Source of the DNA: Bugula neritina
Lineage: Eukaryota; Animalia; Bryozoa
Direction: 5' to 3'
NCBI GenBank assembly: GCA_964035545.1
Contig: CAXIUT010000135.1
Location: forward strand, 1-36,840
Length of the DNA stretch: 36,840 nt
In this document: positions 23,688-35,729 of the stretch, one piece after another
Layout of the letters: every line of letters starts with the position of its first letter
Numbering within the stretch: the first letter of the stretch is position 1
Program-made: the position numbers and the translations under genes
The notes under the pieces: model-generated
What the model was told of the DNA's origin: nothing
Database searches by the model: none
Seen by the model: only the letters and a program-made list of their open reading frames with translations

Positions 23688-24862
23688 ATGAATTAAAAAA
23701 CACAAATAGAAAATTACCTAGATCAAAGAGTTAATCCTCTTCTCTAATAACTACTCACGCAAGTCATCAAAAATAGACCCAAAAATGTTGTAAATAGTTC
23801 TTCATTTAGATCAGCTACTGCAAAGGATGGTTCTAAAAAAAATCATAAAATCTACAACTCTTTCCAGACCTTTCTGATAGCGATTCAGATGAAGACTAGC
23901 ATCGAAAAAATTGGCTTTAGTAGAGAAAGAAAAATCCTAAATGGTATGATCGAAGAAAAGGTATATGCGGCTAAGTCTATGGCAGTCATCATCTTTGGTA
24001 AGATTATTAAGTCCCAACCATTCAAAGAAAATCAACAGTCAATAGTAGAATCTTTTTCAGGTTGAAATCATTGTTTCTTTTTAAAAGTTTTGATGATGCA
24101 GACATCAATCGAGTCATATCAGGTATGACTGAAGTAGTATGTGAGAGTGGGACTTGTATAGTAAAATAGGGTCAAAATGAAGGAGACATGTTCGTAGTTG
24201 ATAGTGGATAGCTAGAAATCATTAAAGGTCTTGGAGCAGAAGAAATAAATATCAAAATAATCAATGAAGGATAGTTATTTGGCTAGATGTCTATGCTATA
24301 TAATACTCCTAGATGGGCTTCAGTGAGAGCAAGGACTCACTGTGTTTTGTTCAAGTTAGATCGAAAGAGCTATCATAGTTTGGTGAACTAAAGGAATTTA
24401 AGAAAGAGAAAAGTATTTCAGGTTTCGTTGCAAAAGATATAAGTTTTGAAGGAACTATAAGTATAGGAGAGATTTAAGCTATAAGATCTGATAAAAGAGA
24501 TTCCTATTCATTTAAACCAATATATAATAAGATAGGGTAAAGCCAACAAGATGTTTTACGTTGTCTAATCTGGTAAATACATATCTTTGAAGAAATAGAA
24601 GAACGGACACGATAAGATAATGAAGTAATTTAAAGAAGGAGATGTTTTTGGCTAGTGTTGTCTCTATTCTAAACAATTAGCCTGCGAAAGCATTATGTCT
24701 CTGGTATATATTTGATTAAAATAGACAAATGGCAAGTTATACGGTATAGAGAGAGACGGGGTTGAAAGAGTACTGGGTTCAATAACAAAAATACTAAAAA
24801 GGTCTATCAATATATACTAAAAATACAAAAATATAAATGTGCCTGAATATTTGAATCAGTGA
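23688..24862 (+). CDS. cAMP-dependent protein kinase regulatory subunit-like (377 aa)
   Basis: Dimerisation/docking-like N-terminus, pseudosubstrate RRKGICG[TAA]VYG, site A FG[TAG]MSMLYNTPRWASV, degenerate site B; introns at 23790-23809 and 24704-24724. Confidence 0.9.
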
Positions 24863-24879
24863 TTAGATAAATATATCGA

Positions 24880-25623
24880 TCATTATTTCTCTTTAATATC
24901 TTATCCATTTTAAGCTTATTTATTTTATTTATGTTCTTAAAGTAGTCCAGAAACATCTTTTATTTCACTTCTATTTCTTTTACTCTATGATATCTATGAT
25001 TTAGATTAAACCTATGATATCCTCTATGTCTCCACCACAGCCTAAAGCTCATTCTAAACTTCCTATATCTCTTTCTTACTTATCTATTCTGCATCGATAA
25101 CGTCTATCTTTGGAAACCTCAACTCCTCTTCTTAGATGTTTTTTATTTTAATAGTAGATATCTACTATCCCTGAATCGACTCTTCTTCAATCAACTACTG
25201 TGCGACATCTATAATTTACTAACTCTCCTCCTTTTACACTAATATATCATGAACCTACTCCTACTTTTTACCATCTTTGATGACTACTCTACTTTTTTAT
25301 TTTTTTCTGAATGATCTTTTAGTTTACTATATTTTGAATATGTTTTTTCTTTTTCTCATCAACAAGTATATATGCAATGATAATTCTTCATCTTTATCGT
25401 CTACTCTACTTATCTAAAATGTAGGATAAATGCCAGTAGGTTTATTTTGTTTAGGCAATTGCTTTCTTTGATATTTTATATTTTTTTATCTTATCTTCTT
25501 CTATATCTATAATATTATCGGCTGTGAGATCTAGCAGAAGTTGGGAGGCTTTGCTTTACTACAATCTCGAATCAATTCCTGTAAATTTTTATTCACCACT
25601 TACTTCGATTAAGTGTAATTCAT
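24880..25623 (-). CDS. Hypothetical acidic protein (247 aa)
   Basis: 744-nt ATG-to-TGA ORF with an E-rich C-terminal half. Confidence 0.75.
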
Positions 25624-25685
25624 ACCAAATAATATCTATTAAAATGGTTTAAATATTAAGTGTAATTCATACCAAATAATATCTA
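25608..25685. repeat. 31-bp direct repeat (period 47) that includes a start codon
   Basis: ATTAAGTGTAATTCATACCAAATAATATCTA at 25608-25638 and 25655-25685. Confidence 0.9.
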
Positions 25686-25710
25686 ATAATATGATATAAA
25701 TTATAAATGA

Positions 25711-26460
25711 TCATCTAAATTATTTTTTAATAATTCTGAATCCATCTCCTTTCCTAATCAATAAACTTCTGCCCTGACTTCTTTTCCTATTTATCTCATT
25801 TGTCTTTATCTTCTACTTCTATTTACCCAATAAATACGACATATCTACTCTTTGACCTAAAGTTATATCCCAATTATCTATCTTGTTTGCTGTCTATTTT
25901 TATATTAATAATGGAATAATTGTTTTAGTTTTTTTTGATTTTTTGTTATTATTTGATAATGAAAATTAGTTTTATTGATATTTAGGCTAGTACTACTATT
26001 TTCGATTTGATCTTTTGTTTCTTCTTTTAAATTATGGGGTGTTTTATCCATAAAAATTCTAATCGAATTATCTATCTCTCATTAATGACATTCTTGACTC
26101 TTTTAGTCCACTATTTTAATTCTGATAATTACTAACATCCCTTACGTTTTTAATATCTTTATTTTAACTATTTAAATGAAAGAAGTCTTTAGGAAACTTT
26201 TTAGATGCAGTCGACGATGATATTCTTTTCCTTCTATTTTGCACAAAAGACGGATGCTATGATGATATTGATTGTTTTCTTATTGACTACTTACACAATG
26301 ATGATGGTTTAATGGGTCTATGATATATTCTTTGATTTTTATGAATTTTGATATTTCTATTCTAAGGCACTACTCTGCCATCTTATATAGCGCTAGAATT
26401 AAACTATCGTTATTTATTGGATCTCTTTCGCATGAGTATAATAGGCACCTACTCATTCAT
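25711..26460 (-). CDS. Hypothetical basic, S-rich protein (249 aa)
   Basis: 750-nt ATG-to-TGA ORF in table 30. Confidence 0.72.
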
Positions 26461-26525
26461 GATTCTTCAGTTAGTATTATTAACTTCGAATATAACTATA
26501 ATATTAGCATAAAACATAAAAACAA

Positions 26526-26792
26526 TCAGTTGATGTTGTTGGCCAAATGGTCAATAGAATGCTGATCGATTTAGTTAGATCTAATAAATTTATGACAATT
26601 TAGACAAAGAAATTAGTTATTTCTATCTTTAGGCATATTGATGTCCTATTTGACTTTGTATTTTATCTGATTTCGAGATGGCTGCTATCCGAATCGACTA
26701 TAACTACCCGACTGATTCCGAGGGATCTAGTATATAATAGACTTCTAAATCTATTGGTTAGGTAGTTTGTAAATATTTTGATTAGAATTCAT
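26526..26792 (-). CDS. Small protein with one C2H2-like zinc finger (88 aa)
   Basis: FLCLNCHKFIRSNEIDQHSIDH near the C-terminus; 267-nt ORF. Confidence 0.6.
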
Positions 26793-26849
26793 AATTATTA
26801 TTATAATAACTATTATAAAACAACTAATAAAATAACAACCAGAATCAAA

Positions 26850-29800
26850 TCATAAATTCTATAGCTTCTTTTTTGCACTAGCTATTTTACTAATACTAAC
26901 TGGTCCCATCGCACGAATACAATTGGCTTCTTTAGATTTATCTTTCAACACGAACTAGTTGTTATCTCCCATAACGTTCTAGTACATACTGATATACTCT
27001 TCATGGATGAGTAGGATAGTAGGGTGCACTTATTTGTTTCTGATTTGATCGTGAAGTAGGGGGATGGCGATGGGGTAGTTTTTGAACAGCTAGAAGTATA
27101 GATGGTTTTTAATTGATTTAGTGTAGATGTTGTCTGCTCTGATATCGAAATGCATATAGATGGAGTTGATCTACTAAAAGATAAAAGATATGTTCGATTA
27201 AATCTGGTTTTTAAAATCATTTACACTGATAGTCTTGCCCACACATTTGAAAATCAACTGAACCAGCTTTATCGACCTTTGCAACTCTATGTGCTGTCTA
27301 GCCATCAAAAACAATATCTAGAGCATGTGTCTAGTTTAAGATGTATTGATAAGACTAAGTATATCTCTATTGACAACTTTTATCAACTCGTCAGATTTAT
27401 ATCCATTGGGGGGTGATTAATCCAAATCAACCAGCAAATAAAACAACATCCTTGTGAATTATCTTAAATGTTTTTTTTTACTACTATACGACTACCCCAC
27501 TATCTTCTGAATGTACTTCATGTATTAAAAGAAATTGATAAATGCTATTTCACCCTTATAGAATGGACCTATTATACTATACAATATCTTCACGTGTTTC
27601 TCTATTTGACCAGTTATGTCGCTATTGGTACTAATCTATAACAACTTCTTATGCAAGTGCTATGAATTTTGAGAAAATATATCGATATTTGCCCTTATCT
27701 ATGCCCGTCTATCGGAATAGTATTCTATGGTCCTCCCAGCTCAGTCAATAAACCTCTTTGCTGCTCTGTCGGGTTGGTTATCTTTTGGTTTAGTCTGAAT
27801 CCTGAAGCAGTCAGATGCTGTGACTGGCACTTGTTTTGTAGGTATTTCATAAAGGACTAATTTTTATGAATTGGAGTTATTCTAGCTAGTTGGACCAAAT
27901 TCTATGATAGCTTTTATTAATAACAGCTCATAAAAATATTTAATATCTCGTTCACAGTTCTTGATTGGCTGGGTTGTTCATCAAAAAATTAATAAAGAAT
28001 TGCAAAGTATCATTTTGTATATTGTGATTGATATTAAATATTTTTTAAGTAGCTAGCATATCTACCTGACATATTACCCCTTAAACCTTTCTATAATATT
28101 GACAAAACCCCTCATAAGCAAAATAACATCAATTTCAGTGATAAGATAGTTAACGACTACAACCATCCTGGATGTGAATTTAAGTAACTAAGCAACGACC
28201 TATCTAGTATCAATAATGGATCTCCAGTATAAGAATTTAAAGAGTATATCAGAATACTAAGATATAATGTTGTATTATAATGCATTTAGATCTTTTAGAT
28301 TTAGTTATGATAAATAAAAGATATTACATATGGACGACAAAGGTTCTCCTAAATTATTCATCATATTTGCCAGTTTTAATATATGATTTGATGTTATCTC
28401 ATACTACCAGTGCTATTCCTACCAATATTTTATCCTCTCCTCTTTTACCCGGTAGTTTTGAGATGATTGATTATGATTGCTCTTATTCAGACATAAGTTG
28501 TATCTAGAAAGGTAGTTGTTGAAGGACTAGTAGTTAGTTACTTTTAATTTTGATATCTATTTTTATAATACCTATTCCCCTGATATCTATACGATTTGGA
28601 TAAACAACGAATCAAGATTTTGTTTCAACTTGATATCCAGAGTAGTAGTACAGAGTATATGCAGGAAAGGGTTGATAAAAGTTTTCAAATCGGCATACTT
28701 TATAAAACACTCATTGTTCTATGTGATAAATTAGACCAAGATCTATCGGTTCAACTCATTCAGGAGTTAACTTTGCATATAGGCGAACATAAAAGATGGA
28801 GAATTATACACCATTTACTTAAATAATATTCTCACATCTCGATTATTCTTATAAAGATTCCCATATATTATAGACACTACCGTCTTCATCGTCTTCTGCT
28901 TTACAGTTATCCCCTTGTTTATCATCTCCATCAACAACCTGCAATACAAAGATACTATCTCTTGATTAGATTAGGAAAGGCGACATTTAACGATATTGAA
29001 AAACTTAGATATGTACTCCTCATTCCAACCATTAGAAGGAACCAACTACACCTCACTCGATATCCTAGCTATATTCTACCAAATCAATATCGCATGCTAA
29101 GCAGCCTCCTTCCTCACTGAATCAACTGGACTCGACATCTTGGTTATCAGTGAGTTTTGCAGCTAGATAGCAAAAGTTTTAAGAGAATGTCTGTTTGGAA
29201 CCTACCCGTGATGGCTATGCTGACTACTACTCATAGCATTATGATTGATTTTGATATACTAATCTGCCTAAGGAGTAAACCGATTATTTTGCATAAACTA
29301 TTGCAACAGCCCTTTAGATCTTTTCCAATCATGTTTATAAATAAACTATACCAGCTATAGATCTCCAGCAGTCAAACTCACATACTTCTTTGAGATATTG
29401 ATGATGTGTTTAAGGATAGTAGGGGAATACTATTTGACAGAATTTGATTTAATTCTGGATATAAATTGTTTTATATCTTTTGATAGATATTTATTAGCTA
29501 TGTTTTGATAGGCTGTAGTACGGACTGCCTCACTAGATGATGAAAGGTCATCAAGGTATGATAAATTTAATGTCCTTGCCACCTTGTTGTCAATATTTGA
29601 ATTTATTGAGGACGCATCGTCTTTTGTTAGTGGTTTTGGTTGATGATTATTTATATTTACATACTTTTTGACTGTTTTATCTCATTGTCTCTTCTTATTT
29701 TATTGATTTTTTTGAAGGATCAACATAAAATTTAGTAGTCTATTATATTTCCATCATAACCTATTGCTGAATTGGTTTTGCTAGCTATAAAGTTTGCATC

Positions 29801-31356
29801 TTTTTAGCATCAAGCATCTTTACTTTTTATCCTAAAAATTTCATACCATGAGTACACTTCAACTGACAAAGTATCTACAAAGCTTGAGTTCTCACTTTAG
29901 CATTACCATCTTAAGTCAATCTAATTATTTTTTAGACAAATGAACGCAAAAAAGCAATAGTTTTACTATCTTTTTTTGAGATGAATATGTTAATAAATTT
30001 AAGGACCTATTCTTTCATTTGTGGAGATTTATCATTTAAACCTTACCTCATGACCTCGTTAAAATCTTATACTTTCAATGAATTCAATAAGCTTTTAAGA
30101 GTATTTTGAGTTAATTCTACAGTAGCTGGTTTGGTATCTTTGAGTCTTATGAAGACCTAATTAAGTATATTTTTGGCCATATGGGTAAAATCTTTTTTAA
30201 GTCCTTTAGCCAGTTGTTGAGTAATAAGAAATCCGCAATGAAAAAGATTTATATTGTTATCTGATAACAACTTCTTTATCAAAAATATAAAATGACTGCT
30301 CTACCTAGGAGCAAGTATATTATTCACCTTTATCTTCTTTATAAATTGCTATAACTATGACTTCTTCTCTTTCCATTTCTATATCTTCAATAATTGGTCC
30401 ACCCATTGAGAATCATATAAACTCAATACATCTACAGGCTCTTTATTCTCTGTCTCTTATTATTACTCAACATAAAAAACAGGCTTATTATCCAATTTGG
30501 ATCTATCTTTCTTTATCCCCCTCTTGATCTCCATCGGCTATCTCTTATACTATCTACTAAATTTAACTATCTAATCCTTCACTTAAGCATGAACTTTGAA
30601 ATCCTTCAAACAGTTGTCTCCCATCCATCTGAAAAGCTATTTAAATAGGTGAATTGTCTCTAGTTTAGCTAATGGCTTAGCTGGAGCTGATAGCAATTAT
30701 AAATGTTTATAGAATAACTCTAAAGATTTCATTCTTTTAATACCATAGTTGTTCAATAATGTACTTATCAAAAGAAGTGAAGTGGAAATTATCTATATAT
30801 CATGAATAATACCTTTCTGTTTTTATGAATCAAGTAATTATTCAGCTAGTTAAGAAGTAAATCTTAGTAGTTATTATCCATGTACCAAAATATTATTTCC
30901 TATGACTTGTTTTTGATCTCCTACTTTTCAATACATAGACATTTCTATATCAAAACCTTTATCATCGCCTTAGCATCAGTTTTCAACATATTTCCATCGT
31001 TAATGTAAAGTATTATGATATTTAAACCTTTCTCTTGGATTACCTTTTCTTTAGAAGATAAAAAATCAGTAGCCTGATTCTAGTATGGCTAAAATTCGTT
31101 AGGATCTTTCTTAACCAATGAATATAGCTACTAAAGAGCTTAATTTTTGATTTTGAATATGTTTTTTTTGAGTCTTTCACCTAGAGGTCTTGGAGCAGGA
31201 GGCTGATATTCAATGATCATGTTGGGATCTTAGTCTGAGTAAGGAAAAAGTACTTTATGCGTATTCAGGAATTTAAAATTTACTTTTGTTGCCAATAGGT
31301 TTGTCTTCAAGAGGGTCGGGAAAGTCCATGCCGCCTTAATTTGGCTCACTTATCAT
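26850..31356 (-). CDS. XMAP215: XMAP215/ch-TOG family microtubule polymerase (~1480 aa)
   Basis: TOG HEAT motifs VIQEKGL, EKWKEKK, LLSDNNIN...LAKGLKKDF...RLKDTKP, LTEDGNAKVR and RLSESNQ; introns at 31235-31253 and 30793-30812; one frame break near 29621-29690. Confidence 0.9.
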
Positions 31357-31530
31357 AGTAATTCAAATTATATAAAATGAACTCAAACTCAATTCAGTTC
31401 ATTTGATTCAATATTGAACATAAGTAAACTCTAAAGTCAATTAACGCTTTATATTCATCAAATGATGTATGTTGATGTTGTGAAAGAGGTTTATAGATTT
31501 GAGTTTATAAGGGTTTATAATTGCAATTTA

Positions 31531-32126
31531 ATGAAAAAGGACTATTAGGACGATATTGTCGAATAAAAAGTTGAGAAGTAGGAATACTATACAGTTTAAA
31601 GTATATTAGACATGAAGGAGCAGAATGGTCAAAAATACTATCTGGTAAAATGGTTAAACTGGGACATAAAAACATGCACTTGGTAAAAATAAGATAGAGT
31701 AAAGCATCTAAAATGTCTTCTTAAAGAGTATGCCTAGTCAAAGAAGTGGGATAGGTAGAATAATTTAGGTCTTAAGAAAATATAAAAAATAGAACCTGGA
31801 ATGAGTCCCTACGAAGCAACTTCATATTACGGACATGTACTTTATGGAGATGAACCCTTAAGAATCGTTTCTGTGCAAGTCTTTTAAAAAAAAATCAAAA
31901 AGAAGTTCATTTCGAAGTTGAATGGTAAGCAAGAGAAAATAATTTTAAACCTACAAATTCATTGATAGAGTCAACCATTCTCTTGGAACATTCACCCAAA
32001 TTTATGATCGACTTCTATCAAAGCAAAACTCATCTGATAGCTCCTGAAGCTTAACCAGCTTAACTAGCTTAACCAGTTTAACCAGCTTAACCAGTCTAAC
32101 TAGTTTAACCAAAGATTTAATAATGA
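31531..32126 (+). CDS. HP1-like protein (chromodomain plus chromoshadow-like domain)
   Basis: YYTV[TAA]SILD...YYLVKWLNW...TW[TAA]; shadow-like GDEPLRIV...FEVEW...PKFMIDFYQ after a -1 break in the A9 run at 31886-31894; C-terminal 9-bp repeats encode (E-P/L-A/V)n. Confidence 0.88.
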
Positions 32127-32213
32127 TCGAGTTTTACTATTTATTTGATTTAGTTAATTTAAAAAGGAAATTTATTCTATCAATACTTTATTATCCTAAT
32201 TTTAACAAAACGC

Positions 32214-32726
32214 ATGAAGAAGAAATCATGCAATTGCCAAGAATTATCATTCTAAGTATCTCCATTTGGAACACCAACTGAACGCAAGAGTTATAGTAGA
32301 AATCTTAGCAGAATATTAAATAATTAGACTCGATTTTCATCTACCAGCAATCTTAGAGATAGTTTAAAGATGACAAATTTAAGTTCTTGGGGATAGCAGC
32401 GATTTCAAGAAGGAAATAATAAAAAAGATGATTTGTTGAGAGTATTAAAAGGAAAGAATCATTTTTTATCTTACAGTTAAAATTGTAGAAAGACTGTCTA
32501 AGGAAGAAATTATAAATAAAATTTAAGAAAAACTTATAGAAAATCTACTTAAGTTAGTCCTTTAAGTATGAGTTTAAAAACTGTTAATAGAAATAATAGT
32601 TCACTCTTAAAGAAGTCAAAAAGAAGCTCTAATAGATAAAAAGAAAGGAACTAAAATTAATTTTTTTTGACTAAAAATTTAAGAATATAAAAATGGCTAA
32701 ATCCTTCCAATATAAGAATACTTTGA
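32214..32726 (+). CDS. Hypothetical basic protein (170 aa)
   Basis: 513-nt ATG-to-TGA ORF in table 30. Confidence 0.65.
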
Positions 32727-32780
32727 TTTGTTTTTATTATTGAATAAAAGTATTTAAAATAAAAACTAGTGATACATAAA

Positions 32781-34175
32781 TCAAACTACAGTGAAATCTC
32801 TTTAGGGAAAGATTTTGGGTGCAAACAAAGTCCACAAATAAATCAGAGTAGCAAACCATGAGATGACAACTCTAACCCAAAAACCAAAATCATTCGATTT
32901 TAGATCTCCAGTTGTAATACTAGATGATGTCCAATTAGTAAGCAACATTCCAATATAAATTGATGCTATACACATGTAAAAATGCCATTTCACCCAATCA
33001 CATGTCTAAGTGTATTGTTGAAGTGCTCCAGCATCAGATTCAGGATCCTAGATCTTCTATGGTTATGGCTGTTGAACTTATGGCTTTTTTTGTTATTACT
33101 TTTGTAGCTATTTTTAAGTTGTTGGAGCTACTCCCATAGCTTGGTTTAAATTGCCTGTCTAGGAGTATTTTACTTGGCCTGATCCTCCCATAATGCTGCC
33201 ATACATCGTCAAAAAAAAGAATAAAGTTGATACTATGATATCAAAAGCTAGTGAAGCAGTAGTCATTCTTTTTGTACCTAAATATCATCAATTTTACAAT
33301 TATTTCCTCCAAAAGAATACTGACTAATAAAAGCCAAATACGATATATACATTGAGACTAAAGCAGTAGTTACAAGACTATTCTGATGATTAAAATTTAA
33401 ACATTGAACGATAGGAAGCACTACCAGAATGATTGTTGTTATTATATTGACCCAGAGAGATGAACCGCAATTCTCTGACTCATTCTCTGACTCAGAAAAA
33501 TAGATGTAGCCGAATACATTGAATAAAATAGCAATAGTCTAAAAGATAACAGCCAAAATAACAAGAGTAACTCCGCAACATGTCTATCCCTAGTCATAAC
33601 GAGCTTTTAGTTTTATACCTGCTAGATAAAAGAGATCTATCAGAATGATGGTCTGTATAGATGTATTTGTACTTGAATCAACATGAAAGCAATAGATATG
33701 ATTTTACTGGCATCTGCATAGGCATCAAAACTGTCATTATGAGCAAAAAGTAAGCCAATAAATAGGCCAAGAACAAAGAGATATTTAAGACAGAAAAAAC
33801 CTTCATTAATACACAAGGATGGCCTACATCTACAAAGCATGAAAAGAAGCATAATTCCAAATAAAGCCAAAAAGCTAAGACTGATTCTATAGACAGCTGA
33901 AGGACCAATACAATCAAGTTGCCTAAATATACGAACAAGTACTCACCGCCTGATGAATCTGGACAAGGTATCCATTTGAAGTGTTCTTTGAAGGCATCCC
34001 ATTTATTAAGATAGAAGAAGATGGCAATGGCTGGAACTGTGAAAATCACTACAACAAAAAGATAACAAATTTTAGTAAATTTTTATCTTCCAACACCTCT
34101 ACGAATAGAGTCACAAGTCTCTTAGCAGCAGCAACCAACACAGCAACCTGCTCCACCACACAAGCAACCACACAT
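32781..34175 (-). CDS. SERINC: Serine incorporator (SERINC/TMS1) family membrane protein (444 aa)
   Basis: Cys-rich N-terminus, CIGPSAVYRIS, SIYIGMLLTNW, FWVRVVISW...YLWTLFAP; 20-nt introns at 33923-33942, 33653-33672 and 33278-33297. Confidence 0.95.
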
Positions 34176-34484
34176 ATTTGAATAATTATTATTTATAGTT
34201 AAAGTAGTTTAAAAGATTGACTATTTTTAATCAGTTATTACAGAGATGTTAAATATATTTAAAAATAATCAGAGAAAGATAGAGTTTAACTTGAACTCTT
34301 TCTTTTGAAATAATTTATGATATTTATTACTTTCTATCTAAAGGACTTTATTATTGATATTATTGAAGTCTGATAGAAATGATAGTTTTATTTTATTGAG
34401 TTATTAATAAATGATGATATTCTATGATATAAAATTTATATAACTAACATTGAATGTATCAAAATTCTGCTATCCAAATCATAG

Positions 34485-35641
34485 ATGGCACGCCAGGCTC
34501 CTAAAACAGACTTAATATGGAAAAAAAACGACAGTCATGCTCAAAAAAATGGTTCTCATTCCAATATCTATTGGGTAAAAGTAATTTAGATTTAATATAG
34601 AAACAACCACTCAACGAAGATGGGTCCTAAAAATCAAATAAATGGAATCATTCCCACAAATATGTAGGTGATTGGAAAGATAATAAAAAACATGGCTTTG
34701 GAATTCAATATTATTCCAATGGAGATAAGTATGAGGGAGGATGGAGTCAAAACAAAAGACACGGACAGGGAACATATTGGGTAGCCGATGCTAAAAATAA
34801 ATTAAGAAGATAATATACAGGAGATTGGTAAAACGATTCCAAACAAGGAAGAGGGACTATGTTCTATAAAACTGGTGATAGATACGATGGCATGTGGATG
34901 GATAACTTACCTCATGGAGAAGGAAGAATGATCTATTCTAATGGAGACGTCTATGAAGGAATGTGGTATATGGGCAAAAGAAGTGGATATGGAGTCTTGA
35001 CTAAAAGATGTGGAGATCATTTTGAAGGACATTGGGTCAATGATAAAAGAGAAGGACAAGGATCTTACTTTTTCTGTTAGAAAAATAAAATCTTTGTTGG
35101 AGAATGGGTTGATGACGCTCCTAAAACTGGAGTTTATTCTTAAGTATAAGATCCTAGTTCAATTAAAATATAAAGATAAAAACATTTTACTGATCCTTAT
35201 TTACTTCCTTCTTTTGAACAAATGGTCTTAAGAATCCTACTGCAGTTCTCGAGTAGGCTATTGAAAAAGTACGTAAAAATCGGACAATTTATCGGGCAAA
35301 ACATATTCCTTTAGATGAATTGTACACCAAAGCAGAACCTTCTAGACCTTTAAAAAGAATTTGGAGTAGCTGTAAATGAAAAAGAAGTGATATCTAAGTT
35401 GAGTCTTGAAGCTATTCTTCAAAATATGGGTATTTTACTTGACCATGAAGATCTAATTGGCTACATTACTATGCTAAAGCCTGACTACAAAGAAGACGAA
35501 GTCGACTACGAACTATTTGTTAGAATTGTTGCTCTATCAGTTGAACTGAAAAACTTTAGCGAACAAGAAGCCATGTTTTAGTAAGGATATGAGTAAGATC
35601 TTGAAGAGGAAAAGAAATGGTACAACCAATAGAAAAAATGA
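34485..35641 (+). CDS. MORN3: MORN-repeat protein, MORN3-like, with EF-hand-like C-terminus (378 aa)
   Basis: Multiple YxGxWxxxxxxGxG repeats; 20-nt intron at 34581-34600; compensating -1/+1 breaks near 35223 and 35338. Confidence 0.88.
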
Positions 35642-35729
35642 TGTTGATGACTCAATATATTTCCAATTATCTATCTTAATATAATATAATAAAGACAATT
35701 TTCAATATGAACGCTAGTTTGTTTATCAC

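Noticed and set aside
11182-24862. Common ciliate UAR=Gln code (table 6)
   Set aside because: It would put Gln at the kinase alphaC Glu, the cAMP-cassette FGE and UNC119 LFEI; conserved Gln sites use CAA/CAG.
26945-29360. Several short track ORFs in this interval
   Set aside because: Antisense or off-frame shadows of XMAP215 caused by the wrong genetic code; the same applies to most other short track ORFs.
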